Below, piece after piece: positions 1 through 10,352 of a stretch of DNA of 47,271 bases (positions within the stretch are counted from its first letter, which is position 1; each line of letters starts with the position of its first letter). Under the pieces are notes generated by a model. It searched no databases, was not told the origin of the DNA, and was given only the letters and a program-made list of their open reading frames with translations. The position numbers were made by a program, and so were the translations under genes. Source of the stretch: Candidatus Bathyarchaeota archaeon (GTDB lineage: Archaea > Thermoproteota > Bathyarchaeia > 40CM-2-53-6); contig CAVPLU010000017.1 in NCBI GenBank assembly GCA_963706285.1, forward strand, positions 1-47,271. The letters run 5' to 3'.

Positions 1-997
1 TATCTCGTCTTGTCGACCGGAAGTGTACCTCAATTCTTCAGGACACCCCGCGCAGAAAAGTATGCACTGTCTCTGAAAACACTTGAAGATGGCATCGCCA
101 TTAGGAGTCAGATACTTGCCTGTTTCGAGAAGGCGGTGCATGAATCCGACCGTAGACTGCGCGAGCGGATGCTGACCTTCACGATTGTCGGAGGCGGACC
201 AACTGGGGTGGAATTTGCGGGAGCACTTGTTGAACTAATTCACGGGGCGCTCGTGAAGGATTTCAGAACACTCGACTTCCAGGAAGTACGTGTAGTACTT
301 CTGGAGGCATTAGGCAACGTGCTTTCCGGATTTCCGGAACAACTTCAGAAGCATGCGTTGAAACGGCTGGCAAAGATGGGAGTCGACATCCGCCTGTCAT
401 CACCAGTGGCTGAGATCACGTCAGAGGCTATCCTCCTGAAAGACGGCACAAACATTCCAACTGAGACAGTCATTTGGACTGCAGGAGCGCGAGGTAACCC
501 CGAAACCAACATGGCCGGGCTTCCTATCGCCCGTAATGGCCAGATCCTAGTGCTCGCCTACGCTTCAAGTCGAGGGATATCCGGAGGATCTACGTGGCCG
601 GAGACCTAGCACGATCCGAAGTGGACACAGAATCCGTTTCCAATGATCGCTCCAGTTGCCACACAGCAGGGAACTCACGCGGCTCGAAACATTATCCGCC
701 AGATCAGCGGGTTGCCACCTAAGCCCTTCCACTATCGAGATCGTGGCAAGATGGTGACGATCGGTCGAAACTACGGGGCGGCTCATTTGTTGGGATGGAG
801 CTTCACTGGATTCCCAGCCTGGATAGTTTGGCTTGTTGTGCATCTCTACAATCTTGATCGGATTTCGCAACCGCATCTTCGTACTGATCGACTGGGCTTG
901 GGATTACTTCTTCATCGAACGCGCGATCAGACTTATCATTCCAAGCGGACCACGCCATCAAACGACGCGACCAGACGTAACGTCAATATGTACTTGA
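1..997 (+). CDS. ndh: Type II NADH:quinone oxidoreductase (NDH-2), 5'-partial, several frameshifts
   Basis: YLVLSTGS at base 1, [14 protein letters not shown] nucleotide-binding motif, [28 protein letters not shown], then [18 protein letters not shown] in a shifted frame ending TGA at 997. Frame changes occur at ~555-640 and ~855. Confidence 0.9.
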
Positions 998-1022
998 CTA
1001 GGTTCCAACTCTCAGTAGTTGG

Positions 1023-2461
1023 ATGGCGAAAGTGACCAAAATAGTCGAAAAAAGTAAGACAAAGATCGTTTGCACCATCGGTCCGTCCACATCTTCGGAA
1101 CAGATGCTGGTCCGACTGATAGATGCGGGAATGAATGTTGCCCGTTTGAATTTCGCGCATGGCGCCTTGGCGGAGAAAATCACTTGGCTACGGCGAATTC
1201 GGATGGCTGCGAGCAGGGCTAGAGTTCCAGTAGGCGTGTTGGTCGACTTGCCAGGCCCAAAGATAAGAGTAGGCGAAGTCTGGCCTGAGCCTACTATCCT
1301 ACGGGAGGGCTCTCAACTTACTCTAACGGGTCGCCGTGTAGTGGGAAACTCGAAGCTCCTCTCCATAAGTCATCCATCAATTCTGCGGGGGCTGTCCACG
1401 GGTGACTCGATTTCGCTCGAAGATGGAACGATCGAGCTGGCAGTGGAGCATGCAACCAGCGGTGAAGCTGTCTGCCGGGTTATTAGAGGAGGCGCCTTGT
1501 TCTCCGGCAAAGGCGTGAATCTGCCAGGAAAACAACTACGAGTCAAGGCACCAACAAAGAAAGATGTCGCTTCATGCGGTTTGCCCTGAAAAACGGCGCC
1601 GACTTCATCGGTTTATCATTCACGAAAAATGCGGACGATGTCCTTGCGGCCAAACGCGTCGCTATGCAGACAGGACGCAGGCATGGATTATCGCAAAGAT
1701 CGAAAACCGTCAGGCAGTTGAAAATTTCGACGAGATCCTACAGGAAGCTGACGGCGCAATGGTCGCCCGAGGAGATTTAGGTGTCGAGATGGGAATTGAC
1801 GACATTCCTCTCTTGCAGAAGACAATCATTCGGAAGGCAAACGCAGCTGGCAAACCTGTGATCACTGCAACTCAGATGCTAGAATCCATGGTGGAGAATC
1901 CCACACCAACACGGGCAGAGGCAAGCGATATCGCAAACGCCATATTTGACGGGACCGACGCGATCATGCTATCTGAAGAAACAGCAGTCGGAAAATATCC
2001 GGTCGAAGCGGTCAAAGTGATGAAGAAGGGTGGCGGCAGCTACGGAGAAGGCGCTTCCGTATAGCGCACTCTTGGACTTGAGACGAGCTCTTGTCGGAAG
2101 AATCGTGCAGGACGCAATCAGCTTCTCCGCTTGCGACGTTGCCCACGAGTTGGGCGCTAGCTGCATCGTGGCACATACGAGAACTGGCCTGACGGCACAT
2201 AGAGTATCCAAATTCAGATCTTCTGTACCGATCATCGCATTAACATACAGTACACCTGTCATGAATAGGCTCTCATTGCTCTGGGGGGTATACCCTCGAC
2301 AAGTGAAGAAGCTACGGACCACGGCAGAAATATTCTCTGCCGCCGAGCGCGCTGCACTTGCGAGTCGAATTGCTCGTAGAGGAAGCAGGATAGTTGTCGT
2401 CTGTGGAGACCCATCCACCCCAAGTGGAACAACAGATCTTCTTCGGGTGCAAACCATCTGA
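1023..2461 (+). CDS. pyk: Pyruvate kinase, split over several ORFs by frameshifts (~1575, ~1680, ~2030)
   Basis: [66 protein letters not shown] motifs and the C-terminal alpha/beta domain (SLLWGVYP). Confidence 0.95.
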
Positions 2462-2527
2462 CGATCTTGATCCGTCACGATGACTCCTATTGGCCTGCAA
2501 CCACTTCAATGACAAAGACGGACGAAG

Positions 2528-2935
2528 CTAGACATCAACCACGGAGAGTTTGAGTTGAGTTACTCCTCGTGTCTTCATGAGTCTCTTTGCAAGTTCTTGG
2601 ATTCTCGTTGTTTGGCCTCTGACCGAGACGATCTCTAGGCATCTTGATTCGTCAAGATGAATGTGAGTCGTGGAGTTCACTACATCTCGATAGTGGTGTT
2701 GAATATCGACTAGGGCTTCCTGCAGGCCATGGGGCCGATGACTGTAAGTGAACAAGATGGCTCCCACGCCAGCTTTTCCCTTCTCAATTGTCCATGTGTA
2801 TTCGGTGATGAAGTTCGTCATCGCAGTCTGCAGTGCACGTGATCTATCCGAGTAACCCATCTTACTGATGACTTCGTCAAAGCGGCTCAACAGCACGGGT
2901 GAGACTGAGAAGCTTGTCCTTTCGACCTTTGCCAT
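2528..2935 (-). CDS. nikR: Nickel-responsive ribbon-helix-helix regulator NikR
   Basis: N-terminal RHH (RTSFSV...LLSRFDEVISKMGYSDRSRALQ) and a metal-binding domain with QHH...THIHLDESRCLE, matching the NikR His/His/His/Cys ligands. GGTGAGG SD upstream. Confidence 0.9.
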   Translation of the reverse strand: MAKVERTSFSVSPVLLSRFDEVISKMGYSDRSRALQTAMTNFITEYTWTIEKGKAGVGAILFTYSHRPHGLQEALVDIQHHYRDVVNSTTHIHLDESRCLEIVSVRGQTTRIQELAKRLMKTRGVTQLKLSVVDV

Positions 2936-2998
2936 TAGTCATACCTCACCTTCTCGGCAATTCCGAGAGTTGCTATGCTTATCGCCGACCACTCGCCA

Positions 2999-3026
2999 GT
3001 ATTAACGTACCGAGTTCTTTTAATAC
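2999..3026. promoter_or_regulatory. Putative NikR operator GTATTA-N16-TAATAC overlapping a TATA-like box (TTTTAATA, 3018-3025)
   Basis: Perfect 6-bp inverted repeat with a 16-bp spacer, the same geometry as the E. coli NikR site GTATGA-N16-TCATAC. It lies between nikR and the divergent transporter gene. Confidence 0.8.
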
Positions 3027-3060
3027 GCGTGGTATTACCAATTGGGCAGTTGGTATTACC

Positions 3061-3553
3061 GTGAAATATGCGAGCCGGTTCGTGGCCTTCACAGCGATCA
3101 TGACTGCCATTGCAGTAGTGCTCAGCGCCTTGTCGGTGCCTTTCGTGTTTGGGCTTCGGATTCACTTCTTCCAAGTCGCAATAATGCTTGCCGGCGTCAT
3201 AGGAGGACCCGTATCAGGGCTGATCGCGGGAAGCGTAGGCGGAGTCTACATGTCTGCGTTAAGGTCTGACCCCACGATCATTGTAGGAAACGCCTTCTTG
3301 GGCCTATTTACTGGGCTATTCGTGCGCAAGATGCGGCCGTGTGCTGGCTGGGATTCTAGCCTGGGTCTTGATTCAGGCACCTTGGCTCTACTTGACTGGA
3401 ACATACATCCTTAATGTCCCAGGATTCGTGATGCAGACAATCCTTGTCACCCTGACCGTTGAGGACGTCATCTGCGCGGTAGTCGCAGATGTTCTTCAGA
3501 GCCGTTTCCATCTCAGAGAGATGGTATTTCCCAAAGGCCACAAGTGCACAACC
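3061..3553 (+). CDS. ECF-type transporter S-component-like membrane protein (frameshift ~3340; 3' end uncertain, reads in frame into FmdE)
   Basis: MKYASRFVAFTAIMTAIAVVLS...IHFFQVAIMLAGVIGGPVSGLIAGSVGG is a typical S-component N-terminus, followed by ~5-6 hydrophobic segments. Confidence 0.7.
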
Positions 3554-4169
3554 ATGAAGAAGTCTACACATTTCAGCAGAAATCTCCTCAAGTCAGCCAC
3601 GGATTTTCACGGTCACTTGGGTCCATACCTCGTTCTCGGGCTCCGGATGGGCCTTTTTGCTAAGAGGACACTGAAGTCTCGCGGACTCCATGACATATCT
3701 GCCACGGTTTGGACAAAGCGGTCCCCACCAGAGTCATGCCTACTCGATGGTATCCAAGTCTCCAGCGGTTGCACTCTCGGCAACGGCTAACTTGCGAGTA
3801 AAGAACGCATCTCGGATACGAGCGAGATTCCGCAAGGGGAATCATTCACTACTTATGAAGCCAACTGAGGAGACTGCGAAAATGCTATGCTCGGTATCCG
3901 GACGAACAACTGAGAATGAGCTTGAGTCGCTGGCAATCCACCTGGGCTCAATGCCTGATAGCGACCTGTTTCGTCGTGAAACATGGCATACACACTATAG
4001 TTCGATCTACAAAGTAGTTGTATTCAACCTACAATCCGTGGCTCTTTTCTGGCGCCAAGCTCTTATTGAGACAAGAGTGACTGCTGAAGAGTACTTCGTT
4101 CGCTTCTATCCGCCGACCTTTGTGGAAAACACAAAACTTGCAGTGGAAGGCCTGGGGTTGATGTTCTAG
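3554..4169 (+). CDS. fmdE: FmdE-family protein (frameshift ~3788; the FmdE-like sequence ends near 3975, true stop uncertain)
   Basis: FHGHLGPYLVLGLRMG, SCLLDGIQVSSGCTLGNGNL and a C-terminal SMPDSDLF are FmdE family motifs. Confidence 0.85.
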
Positions 4170-4336
4170 AAAAGGCGACCTGTTGACATGCTGGGCGGAA
4201 TAACAAGGAACACACCCCTCTCCTGCCCACCAATCCGAAGGTAGAAACAAATCCGATTCGAGCAGCCCACTTGTTTGTGTGCAGCAAGGCACACGAATTA
4301 TCTGCAACGAAACCAAAGACGGAGATTATCGACGTT

Positions 4337-5020
4337 CTATTCGCCTTTCTTAGCCCACACAATCTCTATCGGGGTCAAATGGCCCCCTCGTATGTACTCT
4401 CTGTTCACGTCTCTGAATCCGAGATCCTGAAGATACGGGGCCAACAGGACGGGTCTGCATCCACCAAGCAAGGAAGGCGAACGCTTGTAAACCCACTCGT
4501 GCAGTTTCATGTTATCGTACCATTTGGAACCCTTGCTCAGCCCAACCAGAACTAGTAGACCGACGGACTTCAAAACCCTCTTGAACTCGAGAAGAACCGT
4601 AGGTATCGTAGGAGTATCGATCAAGTCAAGCATGTAGCTGCTGAATACCAAGTCGAAAGTAGCGTCAGAGAATGGCGTGTTTTCCGCGTCGCTGAGAATG
4701 AGATTAACCCTATCGGCCAAATTACGTCTATGTAGGAGTTCGTGAGTTCTTTCCATCATGTTTTGAGAAATGTCGAGCGCGTAGACCGCTCCATTGTTCC
4801 CTACCTTCTTTGCTAGTTCTACAAGAGTTTTTCCGGTTCCGAATCCAGCCTCTAATACAACGGAATTCTCTCTTGGGTTTGCAACCTCTAGTGCTTTCTT
4901 CAACGAGCCTCTCTCGTAGCGAGTGAAAATGTCGTAGATGGAACTCATGGAGTCGTAAAGAGCGCGGATCCTCCTGCGTGAAAGAGGAACCCGGACATCT
5001 CCGCTTGTCACGGAAATCAT
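4337..5020 (-). CDS. Class I SAM-dependent methyltransferase (UbiE-like)
   Basis: VLEAGFGTG motif I, ALDIS, DAENTPFSDATFDLV, EFKRVLK. Confidence 0.85.
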   Translation of the reverse strand: MISVTSGDVRVPLSRRRIRALYDSMSSIYDIFTRYERGSLKKALEVANPRENSVVLEAGFGTGKTLVELAKKVGNNGAVYALDISQNMMERTHELLHRRNLADRVNLILSDAENTPFSDATFDLVFSSYMLDLIDTPTIPTVLLEFKRVLKSVGLLVLVGLSKGSKWYDNMKLHEWVYKRSPSLLGGCRPVLLAPYLQDLGFRDVNREYIRGGHLTPIEIVWAKKGE

Positions 5021-5058
5021 TTCCAGAGGGCGTTTTCTCCGCTATGCTCCAACGAATC

Positions 5059-5271
5059 TCAGTCCTCGCGGAGTGACTGCGACTTGTCGTAGCGTTCGTT
5101 GACGAGGTTGCAGCCGCGATAGTCAGGCGTTCGGCTGACGCACATCTTTGAGAAGTCTCCTTTAGAGAACTTGACGCAGCCCCAGCACTGACTGAACCAT
5201 TTGTGCTCTTTCTCTCGTCGAATCTCGTCGCACAATTGCTTGGAAATTTCACGCGGGATGGCGTCACTCAA
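5059..5271 (-). CDS. Small cysteine-rich hypothetical protein
   Basis: 70-aa ORF with C-x14-CWGC-x11-C-x9-C; it fills the gap between co-oriented genes. Confidence 0.65.
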   Translation of the reverse strand: MSDAIPREISKQLCDEIRREKEHKWFSQCWGCVKFSKGDFSKMCVSRTPDYRGCNLVNERYDKSQSLRED

Positions 5272-5377
5272 GCTTATTCACAACCACTACCAGCGTTCGT
5301 GCGCAAATATGCGATACGAGGAAACAGACGGACGAACTCATCGAAAGGGAACCAGCAGAGGACTCCGTTCGATTTTG

Positions 5378-6343
5378 TTAGATCGCCTCTATTGTTGAGG
5401 GCGGTTTACTCGTCACGTTGTAGGTCACACTCACAACTTCAGGTATTTCTCTCGTAATTCTCTGCGCCAGATCGGTCAGGATCTCGTGGGGGATTCGCGT
5501 CGGGGAGGCCACTCTGGCATCTGTGCTGTCCCAGCATCTTACTTCGATTTGTTCTGCAAAACGTCTTTTGCCGTCAATCATGCCGGTGACTTTATCTTGA
5601 TGTAGGATTGCCAAGTATTGAAATGCCGTTGTCGTGGATAGTTTCTCTTCGACTATCCTAGTTGCCTTCCTTACGGTCGCAACTCTTTCGGGGGTGACTT
5701 CGCCGATGACTCTGGCCGCCAAGGCGGGGCCGGGGAAAGGTTGCCGATTCCATATCTCATCTGGCAATCCAAGATGATTCGCTAGAATCCTAATCGATGG
5801 CTTCCTGAGTTGGACAAGTGGCTCCACGACCTTGTAGCCATATCTCTCCTCCGTGTTGATTCCAAGCTGTTCGAGGACGTTGTGTTGTCTTTTGATTCCA
5901 GCAACTGTCTCTTCTACGTCCGTGATGTTCGTTCCCTGCAGGAGATACTTCACACCGCTTTCTCGCACAATTCTGCCGAAAACGTCCTTGTAGAACGTTC
6001 GAGTGATGGCTTCCCTCTTCTGTTCCGGATCGGTTAGCCCTCTTAGGGCATCGAAGAATTGAGTCTCAGCTTTAACCACCTCGACCTTGACCCCGAGGTT
6101 CTTGAATATCGAAACGACTCTTTCTGATTCTCCCTCTCTCATCAAACCATTTTCCACGAAACAGGTTCTGAGCCTGCTCCCAAGCGCCTTGTGACCAAGC
6201 ATCGTAACCGTCGAAGAATCTACGCCGCCCGATAGTGCATTGATAGCAGTGTCCTTGCCGACGGTGGCCGAGATCTCCTTCACCATCCGATCCGTAAACT
6301 CTGCAGGATCGAGATCCTCTACCTTTAGTTCCTTGATGCCCAT
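5378..6343 (-). CDS. guaAB: GMP synthase ATP-pyrophosphatase subunit (archaeal split GuaA, subunit B)
   Basis: ALSGGVDSS PP-loop, DPEQKR, LLQGT, RQPFPGPALAARVIGEVT and the C-terminal SKPPSTIE. There is no glutaminase domain. Likely start is MGIKEL at 6343. Confidence 0.92.
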   Translation of the reverse strand: MGIKELKVEDLDPAEFTDRMVKEISATVGKDTAINALSGGVDSSTVTMLGHKALGSRLRTCFVENGLMREGESERVVSIFKNLGVKVEVVKAETQFFDALRGLTDPEQKREAITRTFYKDVFGRIVRESGVKYLLQGTNITDVEETVAGIKRQHNVLEQLGINTEERYGYKVVEPLVQLRKPSIRILANHLGLPDEIWNRQPFPGPALAARVIGEVTPERVATVRKATRIVEEKLSTTTAFQYLAILHQDKVTGMIDGKRRFAEQIEVRCWDSTDARVASPTRIPHEILTDLAQRITREIPEVVSVTYNVTSKPPSTIEAI

Positions 6344-6401
6344 GTGCGAAACCATCAGAAATGTGAACAGTCCGTAGACATAAACGACTTTCTGCCACAA
6401 C

Positions 6402-6520
6402 GCAACAGTCCCAGTTGCAGGAGCTCAGTGAGATCAACCGACCATCAGGTCTCTACTGAGTTGAAAGGGCAAACTCTCCCGTGACTGGGATTGTATGCTC
6501 TCACGCTTGTTCCGGCTGCT
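6402..6520 (+). ncRNA. Structured non-coding element resembling an IS110-family left-end/bridge-RNA region; no transposase follows
   Basis: Outer stem ACAGTCCCAGT(6405-6415)/ACTGGGATTGT(6484-6494), inner stem AGCTCAGTGAGATC/GGTCTCTACTGAGTT and a small GGGCAAACTC hairpin. The G.U pairs favour the + strand. The IS110 resemblance is from recalled motif pattern, not a search. Confidence 0.5.
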
Positions 6521-6531
6521 AGATGGAGTTA

Positions 6532-8360
6532 TCAGGTGACCGTGACGCTCTTCGCTAGGTTTCGGGGTTTGTCAGGATCTAATCCTCTTTCAACGGCCAT
6601 GTGGTAAGCGAACAGTTGAAGCGGGACAACATAGGTAAGGGGTGAAAGAAGTGGATGTAGATCTTTTGGCATTTCTATGAAGTCGTCTGAGAGTTCCTTG
6701 ATCTCTCTATCTCCCTCTTCAAGAACCGATAGAATCGAAGCGCCTCTGGCCTTCATCTCCATGATGTTTCCAATAATTGCTTTCCTGCTCGTATCGTTCG
6801 GGGCAATGAAGACGACTGGCACTCCAGGCTCGATGAGGCTGATGGGTCCGTGCTTGCTTTCGCCCGCAGGGTACGCTAGTGAAGGAACGCAGGCGATCTC
6901 AAGCAGCTTCAGCCTAGCTTCCAGGGCTGTGGCTGAATTGATTCCTCTTCCAAGAAAGATCATCAAGCGTGTTCCGGAGTACTTCTTGGCTAGTTCTCTA
7001 ATCTTCGGATCCTGCTTTGTGATGACTTGCTCAACAACATCCGGTACCCGATGCAACGCGCGTAGGAACTCCTCCGATTCCGTATGCCCCATCTTGCCTC
7101 GTTTCTCGCCCAGGGTACACGCTAACTGTGCAAGAACCGCCAGCTGACTCGTGAAGGTCTTCGTCGCGGCCACGCCTATCTCCGGTCCACTTTGCTGCAT
7201 CACGAAGGCTCTGGAAACGCGTGTCAGGGTGGAACCCAGCATGTTGGCGACTGCGAGAACTGTTGCTGCTCTCATCCTTGCATGCTCAACGCATTGTAGA
7301 ACATCCATGGTCTCACCCGACTGGCTTACCGCGAGTACGCAGGAGTCGACGCCGATGCAGTCTCCGTACTGTGGGACGAACTCGCTCGCGACTGATGGCA
7401 CCGTGTCTCTTCTCGCCGCGTTCGTGAACATGTATGATGCGGCGAGACAAGCGTGGTAGGATGTTCCAGCGGCGATCATGTACACTTCTCTTGCTCGGTC
7501 CATCAACGCTGCCATGACATCAACGTACGGTTGCTGTAGCCGGAGTACCTGCCTGAGGCTCTTGGGTTGCTCGTGGATTTCTTTGAGCATGAAATGGTCG
7601 TAGCCGCCTTTCTCCGCCATCTCCGGACTCCAATCCACGGTGAAGGGCGGTCTCTCAACTGTCGCTCCATCATTGATCCTCCTAAGATGCACTTGTCGCG
7701 GTTCGAGGATCGCTATCTCCCCGTTCTTCAGTTCGATGAATGTGTGCGTCCTGGAAAGAAGCGCTGTGACATCGGAGGCGCAGTAGACGCATTCTCCCTC
7801 GATTCCTACAACGAGCGGGCTCTCGTTCCGCGCTAGGACTATTCTGTTCGGTTCGTTCGAGCAGATTACCGCTAATCCGTATGAACCTTCTAGCTCGTCT
7901 TGTCGCCGCAAGCACTGCCTCTTCGAGCTTGCCCCGATTTCTTGTACTCTTCCTCGACTAGGTGTGCGATGACTTCGGTGTCTGTCTTGCTTTCGAATGT
8001 GTGTCCCTGTTCGATGAGTTCTTGCTTCAACTCGAGGAAGTTCTCAATGATGCCGTTGTGTACAAGGGCTATGGATCTCGTGCAGTCCAGTTGAGGATGC
8101 GCGTTCTCCTTGCTGGGATTGCCATGCGTAGCCCATCTCGTATGACCGATCCCTACTGATCCTGGGAGGTCATCGAGGTTCAGTCGAGCGTGAACTTCCG
8201 CTATCTTCCCAGCGTCCTTCTTGAACTCAATATGACCATCAAATATAGTCGCGATCCCAACGGAATCATAGCCTCGGTATTCGAGGCATCTCAGACTTTC
8301 ATGAAGCATGGGTGCTACAGACATACCTGATTTGAGAACTGCCCCAGCTATCCCGCACAA
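6532..8360 (-). CDS. glmS: Glutamine--fructose-6-phosphate aminotransferase (frameshift ~7900-7920)
   Basis: N-terminal MCGIAG (Cys1 nucleophile), [42 protein letters not shown] and a C-terminal [11 protein letters not shown]. Confidence 0.96.
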
Positions 8361-8478
8361 GGTCTGCCAAACCTCACCGTGACTGTTGTAGTCCTAATCG
8401 TGCGCGAGAGGCGTAATAAACTGGCCTGAATCTCTTTCTAGAACCGAGTTGTCTCGATACGAGGCGGAATGACCGCAT

Positions 8479-9203
8479 ATGACTACGACTGTCTGGCGCG
8501 AAGTAATCTCTTCAATAGAAGAGACAGGTTCACTTTATGACGAGGTCAATGAGGCCATCAGCCTCAGAAGCGCCAGCAAGGCCAGAGCGTACGCCGCGCA
8601 GAGACTCCTAGAGAATAGTCCGAGACTAGTGCTTGATTCCGGTGCGGGCCCGGCAGCATGAGCGTTATCCTTCTACGGAGTGATCCACAGATGGAGATTG
8701 TAGGCCTCGATTATTCAAGCCAGCTTCAAAGAACCTGCAGGGAGAGACTGAAAGACTATCGAAACAGAGTTCACTTCGTTCGCGCCTGTTTTGAGCAACA
8801 ACCATTCAAGCCAGGCTCATTCGATTCAGCCGTAACAGCATACGCGCTACGTGACTCAACCAACTTCAACCAAGCCATCAACGAATACGCTACATCAATC
8901 AAAGCTGGAGGACGCTTAGCGATTGTTGAGTTGGGAAAGCCAGACAACATTGTCAAACGATTCTTCGCCGCAACTTATGTTAGATTCATTATGCCTCTGA
9001 TTGCGAAAATATTGATCTTAGGAAGACTTGAAGGCAACCCGTTTCGAATAATAGTACCTACCTACCAGAAACTGCCAACAACAAGTAGACTCTTGGAAAT
9101 GCTTGAGGCAAGGTTCGACTTGCTGGAGAAGAAATCGTTTCTCGCAGGAGGCATGTTAGTCATACTCTTGCAAGCCCGCAGCTCATCAGCACGGCGAAAC
9201 TAG
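8479..9203 (+). CDS. UbiE/MenG-family SAM-dependent methyltransferase (frameshift ~8655)
   Basis: YDEVNEAIS, VLDSGAGP, GLDYS, PFKPGSFD, AYALRD, GGRLAIVELGKP. Confidence 0.8.
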
Positions 9204-9685
9204 AGATACTTCCAGCCCATCAATGGAGGTTCGATTTCCATCTGCCATAGTAACGCGATCAATTCTCCTCGATGATGTACTTCCTCTTCGAAGACATGAA
9301 TGAGGACATCCTCAGCAGTGACCTCGACAGTCTCACCTAGATCATTCTTAACCTCGTATTTCCTCGCGAGTCCCTCTGGAGTCAACGAGCTGGTATATCC
9401 CCGCATTCGCGCCTCAACATGTGCCATGTAAGCTCGGATGTCTTCGATCGCCTTGTATTCATCGAATCCTCGCCTTCGTTGGGGTTTCTCTTTCAATAGT
9501 AGGTCGAGCCAGTGATCTGTCGCCCCGAGAGTGTGAACGAGTATGTTTCGAATGGAGCTGAAACTGGCTTCCCGATTCTTGATCAGTTCATCCCATGGAA
9601 GTTTCGCGAGCGCGTCTAGATATCGGTGCCTAATCTCTTCGTTATAGTTGAGGAGTTCTCTCACGTCAACCATAGAATTCACCAC
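9200..9685 (-). CDS. DinB/YfiT-family protein
   Basis: SIRNILVH...W and HVFEEEVHHRGEL motifs. Confidence 0.85.
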   Translation of the reverse strand: MVNSMVDVRELLNYNEEIRHRYLDALAKLPWDELIKNREASFSSIRNILVHTLGATDHWLDLLLKEKPQRRRGFDEYKAIEDIRAYMAHVEARMRGYTSSLTPEGLARKYEVKNDLGETVEVTAEDVLIHVFEEEVHHRGELIALLWQMEIEPPLMGWKYL

Positions 9686-9758
9686 AATGAGCTTCGTGGT
9701 AAGCCATCCGAAGTCCCGCTTTCCAACGTTTCTCTTCGCGGTTCCCTAGAATTCTTTC

Positions 9759-10238
9759 TTAGGATTCGGTTGTCTCCGTCCATTTCGAGGCCAGCTCATC
9801 TCTTCGCGGTCTATAGACTTCCTCGAAGAAACCACTTTGCGACAGAAGAGTCTCTTTTGGATATTGCCGTACGATTTGTAGTGATTCTTTCCACGCCTTT
9901 GGGAAGGTTTCCCCGAATCTCTTTTCGATCTGCCGTTTGAAGTCGCTCCCGGTTTGGAGCTTTCCTCCGATCGTGAAATAGGATCGACGTCCCTTCTTCG
10001 AGGTATACGCCATCTCATCGCCCAGAAAGTATGCGTCTCGCGTCTTGTGAAGGGGCCTCTTCTCAACTTCGTTCAAGCTGCGGCGTGAAGCTCTCTTCTC
10101 CTTGAATCCGCGCTTGGCGGCGGCATAGTATATTGCCCTGTTGAGTCCCCAGCTTTTCGCAGCGGTGACTGAAAGACCAAGTTCCCTTGCTCTCGCTGCT
10201 TGGAGCATTGCCATTACTTGGAAACGACCCACCTTCAT
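9759..10238 (-). CDS. Conserved archaeal hypothetical protein
   Basis: 159-aa basic ORF starting MKVGRFQVMAMLQAARA with an upstream GGAG SD. It reads like a real protein; function is unknown. Confidence 0.7.
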   Translation of the reverse strand: MKVGRFQVMAMLQAARARELGLSVTAAKSWGLNRAIYYAAAKRGFKEKRASRRSLNEVEKRPLHKTRDAYFLGDEMAYTSKKGRRSYFTIGGKLQTGSDFKRQIEKRFGETFPKAWKESLQIVRQYPKETLLSQSGFFEEVYRPRRDELASKWTETTES

Positions 10239-10352
10239 AGGCTATCTCCACCGTGGATCGTATCACTAGATTGTCCTATAGGCGTGTCTTGCTTGTCTGA
10301 AAATTCTCCGTTCCGTCCAGGTTCCAAATGGGAGCAAGGCTGACTGCCTAGA

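Noticed and set aside
6344-6531. Purine, glycine or fluoride riboswitch, or glmS ribozyme, in the glmS-guaAB gap
   Set aside because: The fold favours the strand opposite to guaAB, it is downstream rather than upstream of glmS, and the consensus motifs of those RNAs are missing.
1023-8360. Programmed frameshifting or pseudogenisation of pyk and glmS
   Set aside because: No consistent slippery sites. Indels are scattered across many unrelated genes, which fits sequencing error.
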